A DNA stretch of 64,000 nucleotides, from assembly GCA_945886445.1 (NCBI GenBank), contig CAMCZG010000004.1, positions 72 through 64,071 of the forward strand, written 5' to 3'. The stretch is from Bifidobacterium breve (GTDB lineage Bacteria > Actinomycetota > Acidimicrobiia > Acidimicrobiales > Ilumatobacteraceae). A program made the position numbers and the translations under genes. The first letter of the stretch is position 1; every line of letters begins with the position of its first letter. The notes under the pieces were generated by a model, which made no database searches, was not told the DNA's origin, and was given only the letters and a program-made list of their open reading frames with translations. This document shows, one piece after another, positions 36,406 through 45,015 of this stretch.

Positions 36406-36478
36406 AATGTTTGTTTGGTGGTTACCTAAAGGTTAGACCGTCTTTACGAAACGTTCAACAGGTGACTTTTGGCTCATG

Positions 36479-36517
36479 ATCTCCTGAAACCCATAAGAAA
36501 TAGGGGTTTCAGGAGAT
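36479..36517 (-). terminator. 14-bp perfect stem-loop that includes the stop codon of the S8 protease gene
   Basis: ATCTCCTGAAACCC (36479-36492) pairs with GGGTTTCAGGAGAT (36504-36517). The loop is 11 nt. There is no clear U-tract on the minus strand, as is common in actinobacterial terminators. Confidence 0.55.
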
Positions 36518-38851
36518 TTGCAGACGAACCGTCAATTTTTGGGCCGAAAAAGGGGTCTTTTTCGCAACCGATACCCGGAAAGTGCAAGCTCCTTTGCGAG
36601 ATGCCGCCACCAGGTATTTCCCCTCCACTTTGCAACTTCCGCTGCTGCGGGTCCATGTGACTTTCCCCTTCGACACGGTGGAGGCAATGCGAGAGAGCAA
36701 GAACCGTGACTTTGCCTTCATAGTGGCAACTTTTTGCACCAAACCACCCACAACGACTTTTGGAATTGCTTGCGACGCCCCTACCGCAGTTGCCCCCAGT
36801 GCCTCAACAGAAAATGTTGGTGTTGCACCATTGGCGAGGCCACCAACGGTGCATGTGACTGCAGTTGTTCTGCATACCTCCACACCATCGGAAGTTTTCA
36901 CCACGTAGCCAGTTGGTGCGCCGCTACTGAGCACGGCCGCAGACCATGTGAGTACAACGGCTTTATTTCCGGGAACCGCACTAACGAATTCAGGATTTGT
37001 TACCCAGGTAGCGCTTGGAGTGACAGCACTTGAAGCAGGTGATGCAGTGCTTGCACCCACTGCATTCGTTGCAACAACAGTGAATGCATATGAAGAAAGA
37101 TTTTGCAATCCAGAAATGGTGCACGAAAGTTGCGTTGTAGCGGAACATGTTGCTCCACCGGGAGTCGCCGTCACCGCATAAGACGTAATTGCACTGCCAC
37201 CATTTGCAGGTGCTACCCATGTCACCGTTGCCGCACCATCGCCCGCAGTTGCGCTCGGTGCACTTGGCGTCGACGGAGTTGTTACAGGGATAGCTTGAAT
37301 TTCGGTTGATGGAATACCAGCGCCCAAAATATTTATAGCAGTAACCGAAACGCTATACGTCGTTCCATTCGTTAAATTTCCCACCGAGCAATTACGTCCT
37401 GCGGCGTCGGTGGCGCAGGTAAAGCCCCCAGGGTTAAGAGTTGCGGTGTACCCAGTTATTGCGCTGAAACCATCAGATGCCGGCGCTAGCCAAGTAACTG
37501 AAGCTGCCGCATTCCCTACTGTTGCAGTGACTTTGGTTGGCGCGCCCGCAAGACAAACGGACATACATGCGTACAGCAACAAGTTGGGCGATTGAGTACC
37601 CTCGCTCAGACTTCCATTCACCATAGTGAGCGCGTTAGGAGTGGTGGAATCGAGTATTTGTTGCGCGACTGCAGTTGGTGTTGCCGTTGGTCTCAGCTCT
37701 AAAAGGCGTGCTACTGCACCTGCAACAAAAGGCGTCGCCATTGACGTGCCAGATAACAACGCCCATTCACTCGTGGAACTTGCACCAGTACCAGCAACTG
37801 GGCTGGTCCGATTGGAAGCAACAAATGGCCATGCTGATTTGATGTAATAACCTGGCGCCATGACATTGACGCAATCTCCATAATTTGAGAACCACGCTTC
37901 TTTGTTGTCGCGCTGCGAAGCACCAACGGAAATAGTTCCGTCTGTACAAGCCGGAGTCACATAGTTGCTACTGCCAATGTAAGCACCATCATTGCCGGCT
38001 GCCACTACAACCGAAATGCCATCATTCCCTAATGCAATAATTGCAGTTTCCAAAGAAGCGGAGTAGCCGTTTGTCGCGCCAAGGCTCATGTTGACTACCG
38101 CTGTATTCACTCCGGTGTGGTTGCTTGCTACCCAATTCACTCCTGCGATAACTGCAGAAACACTTGTTCCGTTTTCGCAAATTATTTGTGACCCACCCGG
38201 AAAAACACGAACGGGAATTATGCGTGCCGCTTTAGCTACTCCAAAAGTTGCACCCGCTGCGATACCGGCAACATGCGTACCATGCCCGCAGCCGTCTTCC
38301 GCAGAACTTAAACCCGGCGAGAAATATCCAGTGGTAACACGGGAACTGTTATCGGGGAGCACGAATTCACTGTGAAGACGACGCACGCCCGTGTCGATGA
38401 TGTAGATGTCGACACCAGCGCCTGTCGTTGTATAGCTATAACGGCCGTCAAGAGGAGTAGCAGCTTGGTCGATGCGATCGAGGCCCCAGTTGTCTGCAGT
38501 CGTCCAATCAACTCCGTTAGGTGGGGCAATTGTTTGGTCAACAGCGGTCACTACTTTTTGATTAATTTCAATGTTTTCCACGCCAGCAAAACGCGACCAA
38601 GTAGCAGCCTCTGTTGCAGTAAGCATCACTTCAATAAAGTCAACGGCACCAAGCTGAGTTGATGCCACAAGCAAGCCGTCGGCAGACATTGCGTTGGAAA
38701 CAGTAAGCGCAGATGCGTTGTCGCGGGCGAGAACAATGTAACTCTCGCGCACTTCAACTGCCGTTGCGGGTGCAGAGAATATAAACGCGGCGACCGACAG
38801 AACGCAGAAGACAACACAGGCTGTTACTCGCCTGAAATGTTCCCGCTTCAT
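36509..38851 (-). CDS. Secreted subtilisin-like serine protease (S8) with an I9-like propeptide and about four FN3 modules
   Basis: Has a signal peptide, an I9-like segment SYIVLARD..., and the triad motifs IIDTGV, CGHGTHVAG and LSGTSMATPFVAG. Repeated FN3 modules carry a PGGxxC...C..GL.NG..Y pattern. The C-terminal module is basic and has a Cys pair. Confidence 0.9.
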   Translation of the reverse strand: MKREHFRRVTACVVFCVLSVAAFIFSAPATAVEVRESYIVLARDNASALTVSNAMSADGLLVASTQLGAVDFIEVMLTATEAATWSRFAGVENIEINQKVVTAVDQTIAPPNGVDWTTADNWGLDRIDQAATPLDGRYSYTTTGAGVDIYIIDTGVRRLHSEFVLPDNSSRVTTGYFSPGLSSAEDGCGHGTHVAGIAAGATFGVAKAARIIPVRVFPGGSQIICENGTSVSAVIAGVNWVASNHTGVNTAVVNMSLGATNGYSASLETAIIALGNDGISVVVAAGNDGAYIGSSNYVTPACTDGTISVGASQRDNKEAWFSNYGDCVNVMAPGYYIKSAWPFVASNRTSPVAGTGASSTSEWALLSGTSMATPFVAGAVARLLELRPTATPTAVAQQILDSTTPNALTMVNGSLSEGTQSPNLLLYACMSVCLAGAPTKVTATVGNAAASVTWLAPASDGFSAITGYTATLNPGGFTCATDAAGRNCSVGNLTNGTTYSVSVTAINILGAGIPSTEIQAIPVTTPSTPSAPSATAGDGAATVTWVAPANGGSAITSYAVTATPGGATCSATTQLSCTISGLQNLSSYAFTVVATNAVGASTASPASSAVTPSATWVTNPEFVSAVPGNKAVVLTWSAAVLSSGAPTGYVVKTSDGVEVCRTTAVTCTVGGLANGATPTFSVEALGATAVGASQAIPKVVVGGLVQKVATMKAKSRFLLSRIASTVSKGKVTWTRSSGSCKVEGKYLVAASRKGACTFRVSVAKKTPFSAQKLTVRLQIS

Positions 38852-38900
38852 ATTTCTAGTTTACGAACCCATTTCTGAGAGTTCGGTAAGAAATTAGCAA

Positions 38901-41900
38901 TTAACGAGCCCGAAAAGCCTTGACAGTGAAGCTTGACTTCGTGATTTGCTTCATTTTGAGGGTCACCAACTTCTTTGTGGTGGTGAGGAGATACTTACCA
39001 TTGCGGTATACATCAACTTTGCCCTTGCCAGAAATACGCAGTGTTACCTTGTCGACCGTGCGGCTCACCACTGACACTTTCGGTGCCGCATTCACGCTCA
39101 GCGTGTCACCTTCGGCATTTGCTGGGGCGGCGTTGCGAACGGGAACCAGAGTGGTTGGCGTTGTTACTACAGGTGCGGGAACTGTTGTAGGTACAGGAAC
39201 AGTTGTAGGTACAGGAACTGTTGTAGGTACAGGAGCTGTTGTTGGTGGTACTTCTACCCCAGCGCCACCAGAGCCTGCTGCACTTGCTGCTCCGGTGAAC
39301 AACAAGAGATTGACTGAGCCAACGGGGTCGGTCACCACATTCTGGGTTGCTTTAAGCGACACAGCAGAAGCAACTGCAGCAGGGGTCAATGAAGGTGACA
39401 CTTCCAGCAAGAGTGCCGCTGCACCTGCTACGTGCGGTGTTGCCATTGATGTACCCGACAATGACCGTGATGCTGTTGGCGACGAAGTTGCAGCAGAAAC
39501 AATTGCTGAGCCTGGCGCAAAAATATCGACACACGAACCGTAGTTTGAGTAGTACGCACGAGCATCACTTGCTTCCGTGGCGCCAACCGTCATGGCCGAT
39601 GGCTCACTTGCAGGCGAGACTCCACATGCATTTGCGTTTTCATTTCCTGCGGCAACTGCCATGACAATGCCATCGGCAACTGCGCGCGCAACTGCTTCGT
39701 TCATCACAGGAGAGTACGAGCCCCCTAATGACAAGTTTGCTACTGCCGGTGTACCCGCAGTGTGATTCGCAATCATCCAGTCGATTCCTGCAATGACTCC
39801 GGCAGTCGTACCTGAGCCTGAGCAGTCGAGTACTCGTACGGGAACGATGGTTGCTTGTGATGCCACGCCAAAGGTAGATCCAGCAACTGTTCCTGCCACG
39901 TGTGTTCCGTGACCCTGACAATCATTTGTTCCATTGCCGTCGGAAACTGCAGTGAAGCCTGTTGCCATACGGCCAATAAATTCAGAATGACCGGCATACA
40001 CACCGGTGTCGATGATGTAAGCGGTAACACCCAATCCGGTTTGGCGACGAGTAACCCTGCCATCGAGTGGCAATGCACGCTGGTCGATGCGATCAATACC
40101 CCACGAAGCAGCCAATACTGGCGTCGTCGTTGGCACTGCAGGCGCAACTGCAGCCGATGGTGCCGATGCAGGGCTGTTGCCGACCGCATTTGTTGCCACC
40201 ACGGTCACGGTGTACGAAGTTCCGTTGGTGAGGCCAGCAATAACGCAACCGAGTTGAGTGGAAGCTGTACATGTACTGCCACCAGGAGCAGCAGTTGCCT
40301 TGTACATAGTAATTGGTGAGTTGCCATCGCTGAGTGGAGCAGCCCACGACACGACAAGTGCCCCATTTGCAGAAGAAGCCGATGCATTACGTGGAGCGCC
40401 AGGAAGCGCAGGAGGAAGCGCAGCAACAAAACTCCAGTTCAGCGCAACGTTTCCACGGCGACCATTCCATCCGTCAATGGCAATTTTGTATTCGGTTCCT
40501 TCAACGACGTTTCCTTCTACCTTGCTCCACAAGGCTGAAGAGTTCGGTGCATCGTCGTTCATTCCGAGAATGGTTAATGCACTCATTGCCGAGCCGGAGT
40601 AAACGCCTAATAGCGTGTCGAAGTTGCTGCCCTGTGTGGTCACACTCAGCACGCCGTTATTTGGAGCAACCCAGCGGTACCAAATAGACGCCGCGCCACC
40701 AACGCCACCATGAGTTGGTTCGCCAGTTTCACGAGTAGCGAGCGCAGTGCTGCCCGTTGCTGTTCCCGTGTCACCCACTACAACTTCTGCGGCTGCAAAT
40801 GCATCGTTTGTGAGAGCTTGAAATGGTGTCGACGACACCACCGTTGAGGTTTCACTGTTTCCCGCGATATTCACTGCACGTACGCGGAAATAATGAACTA
40901 CGTCGTTATTCAGACCAGTAACAGTTGCAGCAGTTGCTGTTGAAGTTCCATCGGCAAAAGTAAGCCAAGTAGTGGTGTTGGCAATTGCATATTCCACTAC
41001 ATAGTCAGTTACTGCAGCACCGCCATCGGAACTCGGCACGTTCCAAGTTAAGGCAACAGCATTATTTGTAGGTACAGCCGCCAACGCAAGTGGGGCCGTA
41101 GGGACACTTGGGCCAATGGGCAAAGTACTTGCTACGAAACTCCAGTTGAGCTTCACTGCACCTTTGCGAGCATTCCATCCGTCAACGGCAATGGAGTATT
41201 CGGTTCCAGCAACAACGTTGCCTTCTACTTTGCTCCACAACACACCAAGCTTTGGAGCATCGTCATTCGCTCCAAGGACAGTGAGCGCGTTTAACGCACT
41301 ACCTGAATAGACACCGAGCAGGGTGTCGAAGTTGCTTCCTTGAGTAGTAACACTCAACGCACCATTCCCAGGAGCAGTAAAGCGATACCAGATAGAGGCT
41401 GCGCCACCAAAACCACCGTGAGTTGGTTCGCCAGTTTCACGAGTGGCAAGAAGAGTGCTGTCAACCACGGCGCCGGCATTACCTACAAGGGCTATGCCGC
41501 CAGCAAATGGGTCGTTAGCACCAAGAGCAAACGGACGAGCAGAAACAACGTTTGATGCCTCTCCGGTACCAGCGGTGTTCACTGCCTTCACGCGGAATTG
41601 ATAAGAGGTGTTATTCGTGAGCGACATCACTGTTGTAGACAGGTTTGCAGAAACACCGTCGTCAAAAACCGTCCATGCGATGCCATCGGTGCTGAACTCC
41701 ACTACGTAATCGGAAATGTTGGCACCACCATTGGTGCTGGGGGCAAACCACGACAGTGCAACCGACGCATTGCGAGCCTCCCCAACTAATGAGCGAGGCG
41801 CACCAGGAACAACCACAGGTGCAGCGACAAGGCTTCCCGAATACAACAATTTATTCGGTGACAAACTTCCAGCATTACCTACAACACCAGCAGTGGAATT

Positions 41901-43277
41901 AAGCACGAGGGCCTGTGAAATAGATTCAACAGTTGCTGTTGGTGTTTCTGCAAGCAAAAGCGCTGCAACACCCGCAACGTGTGGTGATGCCATAGATGTA
42001 CCCGACCACGTTGCGAGAGCTGTATCGGAACCAATTGTTGAGGAAGTGATTCCTTGACCTGGGGCAAAAACGTCGAGGCAAGAACCGTAGTTTGAAAATG
42101 ATGAACGAGCATCTGTTGCGCCAGTTGCTCCGACGGTGACCGCACTTACCTCACTTGCTGGCGAGTAGCGACATGCATTGGCATTGCCATTTCCCGCTGC
42201 CACAACAAACACGACACCATCGGTAACGCCGCGAGCAACCGCTGCGTTTAAAGCAGTAGATGCGGAGCCGCCAAGGCTCATGTTGGCAACCGCAGGAACT
42301 CCCGCTTGGTGGTCGCCGATAATCCAATCGATACCAGCAATAACACCCGAGGTAGAACCGCTACCCGAGCACGACATGACGCGAACAGGAACAAGCGTGA
42401 CTGACTTCGCAACACCGAATGTTGTGCCACCCACGGTTCCTGCAACATGCGTTCCGTGTCCGTGGCAGTCGGTGGTACCGCGTCCATCGGAGATAGAAGT
42501 GAACCCTGCAGCAATACGACCCGTGAACTCGCTGTGCGTAGCAAGAATGCCAGTGTCAACAACATATGCAGTTACGCCTGTACCCGAGTTGGCATATGAA
42601 TACGTATTGTTCAGAGGCAAGTTGCGCTGATCGATGCGATCGAGGCCCCACGTGGGGTTGGCTTGATCGGCAGAGATTGAGACGATGGAATCGAGTTCAA
42701 TAGATTCAACGCTGGTATTTGCGGTGAGCTCAGCAACTGCAGCAGCCGATAAGTCTGCTGCGAAACCTGTGAAGACGTTACGGAACGAAGTGACATTGGT
42801 TGCGCCCACGGCACTAGCAATTGATGCCGCCACCGAGAACGACGCAGTGGATTTCAAGCGAACGATATAGCGACCACCGGCAACTGCTGATATGTCAACA
42901 GCTGGGGTGTCGTCAACAAGCCGGATGACTTTATTGAGTTCAATTGATGCAATGTCGGAGTCATTCCGAAGTCGCGCAACATCGGAAGAGTCGAGCGTAG
43001 CGACGAACCCATCGGCAGCCGAAGTAAAAATATCGGTGATCGTATTACCGAGTTGCATTTCCTTGCGCAACTTGCTGCCTAAGTTGCTCGCAGAATCGAA
43101 GGTGACGATGTACTCCCCGGCCGGAGCGACTGCCGACACAACTTGGGAAGGAAGAAGCGTTGCCAAAAGCGAGGCGCCAAGGACCCCGGCAAGCCCAAAG
43201 CTTGCGGCACGGATGGAAAATGGGCGGGGGGATGGGTTCTTCATGATTCCTACTTTCAGCGTACTCGCCGACATCAT
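38901..43277 (-). CDS. Secreted 1458-aa protein with two complete S8 (proteinase-K-like) catalytic domains, FN3 and PPC-like modules
   Basis: Head 1 has D241 (VVDTG), H274 (HGHGTHVAG) and S428 (SGTSMASPH). Head 2 has D1090 (IIDTG), H1123 (QGHGTHVAG) and S1277 (SGTSMATPH). It has a signal peptide and two I9-like units before head 1. An alternative start is ATG 43244 (MKNPSPRPF...). Confidence 0.9.
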   Translation of the reverse strand: MMSASTLKVGIMKNPSPRPFSIRAASFGLAGVLGASLLATLLPSQVVSAVAPAGEYIVTFDSASNLGSKLRKEMQLGNTITDIFTSAADGFVATLDSSDVARLRNDSDIASIELNKVIRLVDDTPAVDISAVAGGRYIVRLKSTASFSVAASIASAVGATNVTSFRNVFTGFAADLSAAAVAELTANTSVESIELDSIVSISADQANPTWGLDRIDQRNLPLNNTYSYANSGTGVTAYVVDTGILATHSEFTGRIAAGFTSISDGRGTTDCHGHGTHVAGTVGGTTFGVAKSVTLVPVRVMSCSGSGSTSGVIAGIDWIIGDHQAGVPAVANMSLGGSASTALNAAVARGVTDGVVFVVAAGNGNANACRYSPASEVSAVTVGATGATDARSSFSNYGSCLDVFAPGQGITSSTIGSDTALATWSGTSMASPHVAGVAALLLAETPTATVESISQALVLNSTAGVVGNAGSLSPNKLLYSGSLVAAPVVVPGAPRSLVGEARNASVALSWFAPSTNGGANISDYVVEFSTDGIAWTVFDDGVSANLSTTVMSLTNNTSYQFRVKAVNTAGTGEASNVVSARPFALGANDPFAGGIALVGNAGAVVDSTLLATRETGEPTHGGFGGAASIWYRFTAPGNGALSVTTQGSNFDTLLGVYSGSALNALTVLGANDDAPKLGVLWSKVEGNVVAGTEYSIAVDGWNARKGAVKLNWSFVASTLPIGPSVPTAPLALAAVPTNNAVALTWNVPSSDGGAAVTDYVVEYAIANTTTWLTFADGTSTATAATVTGLNNDVVHYFRVRAVNIAGNSETSTVVSSTPFQALTNDAFAAAEVVVGDTGTATGSTALATRETGEPTHGGVGGAASIWYRWVAPNNGVLSVTTQGSNFDTLLGVYSGSAMSALTILGMNDDAPNSSALWSKVEGNVVEGTEYKIAIDGWNGRRGNVALNWSFVAALPPALPGAPRNASASSANGALVVSWAAPLSDGNSPITMYKATAAPGGSTCTASTQLGCVIAGLTNGTSYTVTVVATNAVGNSPASAPSAAVAPAVPTTTPVLAASWGIDRIDQRALPLDGRVTRRQTGLGVTAYIIDTGVYAGHSEFIGRMATGFTAVSDGNGTNDCQGHGTHVAGTVAGSTFGVASQATIVPVRVLDCSGSGTTAGVIAGIDWMIANHTAGTPAVANLSLGGSYSPVMNEAVARAVADGIVMAVAAGNENANACGVSPASEPSAMTVGATEASDARAYYSNYGSCVDIFAPGSAIVSAATSSPTASRSLSGTSMATPHVAGAAALLLEVSPSLTPAAVASAVSLKATQNVVTDPVGSVNLLLFTGAASAAGSGGAGVEVPPTTAPVPTTVPVPTTVPVPTTVPAPVVTTPTTLVPVRNAAPANAEGDTLSVNAAPKVSVVSRTVDKVTLRISGKGKVDVYRNGKYLLTTTKKLVTLKMKQITKSSFTVKAFRAR
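39172..39243. repeat. 4 x 18-bp tandem repeat encoding the (PTTVPV)n linker
   Basis: The units ggtacaggaacagttgta start at 39172, 39190, 39208 and 39226, with 0-4 mismatches. Confidence 0.9.
40422..41807. repeat. Tandem ~690-bp intragenic duplication (FN3 + PPC-like module, two copies)
   Basis: aa 491-716 and aa 722-952 are clearly homologous. A 26-nt stretch, tgagttggttcgccagtttcacgagt, is identical at 40711-40736 and 41419-41444. Confidence 0.9.
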
Positions 43278-43308
43278 GAACCTAAATGAAAAAAGTTTGA
43301 ATGTCTCG

Positions 43309-45015
43309 TCACCTCACGGTCAATGTGGCGGAGGTGGCTTTGGCTTTTGCTTTGCCTGCTTTCACCAGCACGGTCAAGCGGCACTGGCCGGCTTTTTTCA
43401 GAACAAGGCTTGATTTCTTAACAGAGCAAATTTTTGATGAAGCCCCAGCTACCCGCACCGAGACCACTGAACCCTTTGGCGTTGCCACACCTGCCACCTG
43501 AGCGGTGGCAATAAAACCTAAGGATTGCCCGGCTGCTGTATTGACAGCAGCTGTTGGAGGTGTCGAACTTGCCGTTGGCTGCGGGACAGAGGTCAACGTC
43601 GGAACGATGTCTTTCTCGCCATTTTGAGCGCCAAAAATGAAGGGATTCAATTTCGGAGCTTCAACCACCACTGTTGAAGTCGTTGATGACGGAAGTGTTG
43701 ATGACGGAAGTGTTGACGTCGTTGAGGTGGTCGAAGTTGTTGTTGTCGTGGTCGAAGTTGTTGTGGTGGTTGTCGTCACGACGATCCCTGCGCCGGTGAA
43801 CCGCACCACCGGCGAAAATAGTCGCTGTTGTGCATCTACAGTATTGACGGCATTAATTCCTGCAATACGTGCCTCATATGTTTTTGCCGGGTCAACTCCA
43901 GAAATCAAAACACTCCGGTTAGCCGATATCCCATCATTAACTTCGCCAAAGTTGGCTACGCCCACTTCACGAACTTGCACCACATAATCGGTGACGGGAA
44001 CTGCTGGAGTAGTTGTTGGGTTACCCCAAGTCACTTGAACTCCTCCGCTCACTGCAGCAACAGCAACATTGGTTACAGAGCCGGGAACAATCCAACCAAT
44101 GTTCGAAGATACTCGTGCGTACAAAGTAGGCAGATACCCAGTGCAGTAATTCGCCACTCCGTTGTCGCCCATGACGCCCAAGGCCCTACTTGCAGCCCCA
44201 GCCAAAACAGGAACACCGTCAACCGCAACTGTCATTGGCCCGCCACTATCTCCTTGGCAGACACCGGCTAAGCCGTCGCCAAACGTTCCACCTTTAACGC
44301 AAACATCTTTAGACGAATTATAGAAATCTGTAAACCGCGAAAAGCCTGCGCTATCTTCGCATTCCAGATCATTGGGGGAATCGCCAACCTTAGTGTTGAC
44401 TTTTCTCAAAACCGGCGACGCAGTGCCATCAAGCTGTATACCCCACCCACTGAGTGTTGCGACGGAATCTTTTTCTGGCCACACGTTGGGGTCGAGCGCT
44501 ACAGGTAAAGCCACCGGCTGCACGTTTGCTGAATACGTCACCGAAGTGCTGAGTTTGAGGAGCATCAAGTCGAGACCAACGCCATTAACACGCGCGGGGT
44601 AAGCCTCGCTCACACGAAACAAAAATGGGTTGACGAAGGAATCGTTGTAATTATTATTTCCCACTCCTACGTAGATATCCGCGGTCTTGATTTCGCCAGC
44701 AGAACTGCGCGGAACACAATGATCTGCTGTGAGTACCCATCGTTTGGCAATGAGCGAGCCTCCACACTGTGCGAATAACCACTTCGATTGATCGCTGGGG
44801 CTCGCTGCAACAGAATCGGGTTGAGCAGAGAGAAGCGATACCTGAAAGGGAACGGCACCAACTTGTGCGACTTCGCCACCTGCAATATTTTTCACTGCTC
44901 GAGCCAAAGTACTATCTGGAGATTTCGATGTACCTGCGTCCTTGTTTTGCACTACTGCAAACACAATTGCAATGGCTATGACCGCGCCAACTCCTAAACC
45001 CACAACTTTGCGCAT
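43309..45015 (-). CDS. Secreted/anchored trypsin-like serine protease (S1) with FN3, a Thr-rich linker and a basic Cys-pair C-terminal module
   Basis: Has an N-terminal TM/signal, an IAGGEVAQ activation-site-like motif, and the triad residues His (WVLTADHC), Asp (DLMLLKL) and Ser (CQGDSGGP). The SD is GGAGGAAAGTAATG. Confidence 0.9.
   Translation of the reverse strand: MRKVVGLGVGAVIAIAIVFAVVQNKDAGTSKSPDSTLARAVKNIAGGEVAQVGAVPFQVSLLSAQPDSVAASPSDQSKWLFAQCGGSLIAKRWVLTADHCVPRSSAGEIKTADIYVGVGNNNYNDSFVNPFLFRVSEAYPARVNGVGLDLMLLKLSTSVTYSANVQPVALPVALDPNVWPEKDSVATLSGWGIQLDGTASPVLRKVNTKVGDSPNDLECEDSAGFSRFTDFYNSSKDVCVKGGTFGDGLAGVCQGDSGGPMTVAVDGVPVLAGAASRALGVMGDNGVANYCTGYLPTLYARVSSNIGWIVPGSVTNVAVAAVSGGVQVTWGNPTTTPAVPVTDYVVQVREVGVANFGEVNDGISANRSVLISGVDPAKTYEARIAGINAVNTVDAQQRLFSPVVRFTGAGIVVTTTTTTTSTTTTTTSTTSTTSTLPSSTLPSSTTSTVVVEAPKLNPFIFGAQNGEKDIVPTLTSVPQPTASSTPPTAAVNTAAGQSLGFIATAQVAGVATPKGSVVSVRVAGASSKICSVKKSSLVLKKAGQCRLTVLVKAGKAKAKATSATLTVR
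43682..43790. repeat. Low-complexity / short tandem repeats encoding the Thr/Ser-rich linker
   Basis: gttgatgacggaagt is repeated at 43682-43696 and 43697-43711, followed by gtcgaagttgttgt-type repeats. The region encodes TTTTTTSTTTTTTSTTSTTSTLPSSTLPSS. Confidence 0.85.

Noticed and set aside
36421-36441. An iron-box-like sequence (GTTACCTAAAGGTTAGACC) upstream of livJ, considered as a DtxR/IdeR operator.
   Set aside because: Only one half-site (CTAACCT on the complement) resembles the 19-bp TTAGGTTAGGCTAACCTAA consensus. The two halves are in the wrong relative arrangement and the palindrome is only 4 bp per arm.
36433-36477. A 14-codon minus-strand ORF (MSQKSPVERFVKTV) in the livJ leader, considered as an attenuation leader peptide.
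   Set aside because: It has no run of branched-chain codons, no SD, and no alternative hairpin arrangement. It is probably random.
38920-43413. Several long plus-strand ORFs inside the protease genes (for example 38920..39543, 41716..42057, 42178..42630, 42892..43413).
   Set aside because: They are antisense to clearly homologous S8/FN3 coding sequence. They are low-complexity (Ala/Thr/Ser/Val-rich) and have no start context. They fit the open antisense frames typical of genes with biased third-position composition.
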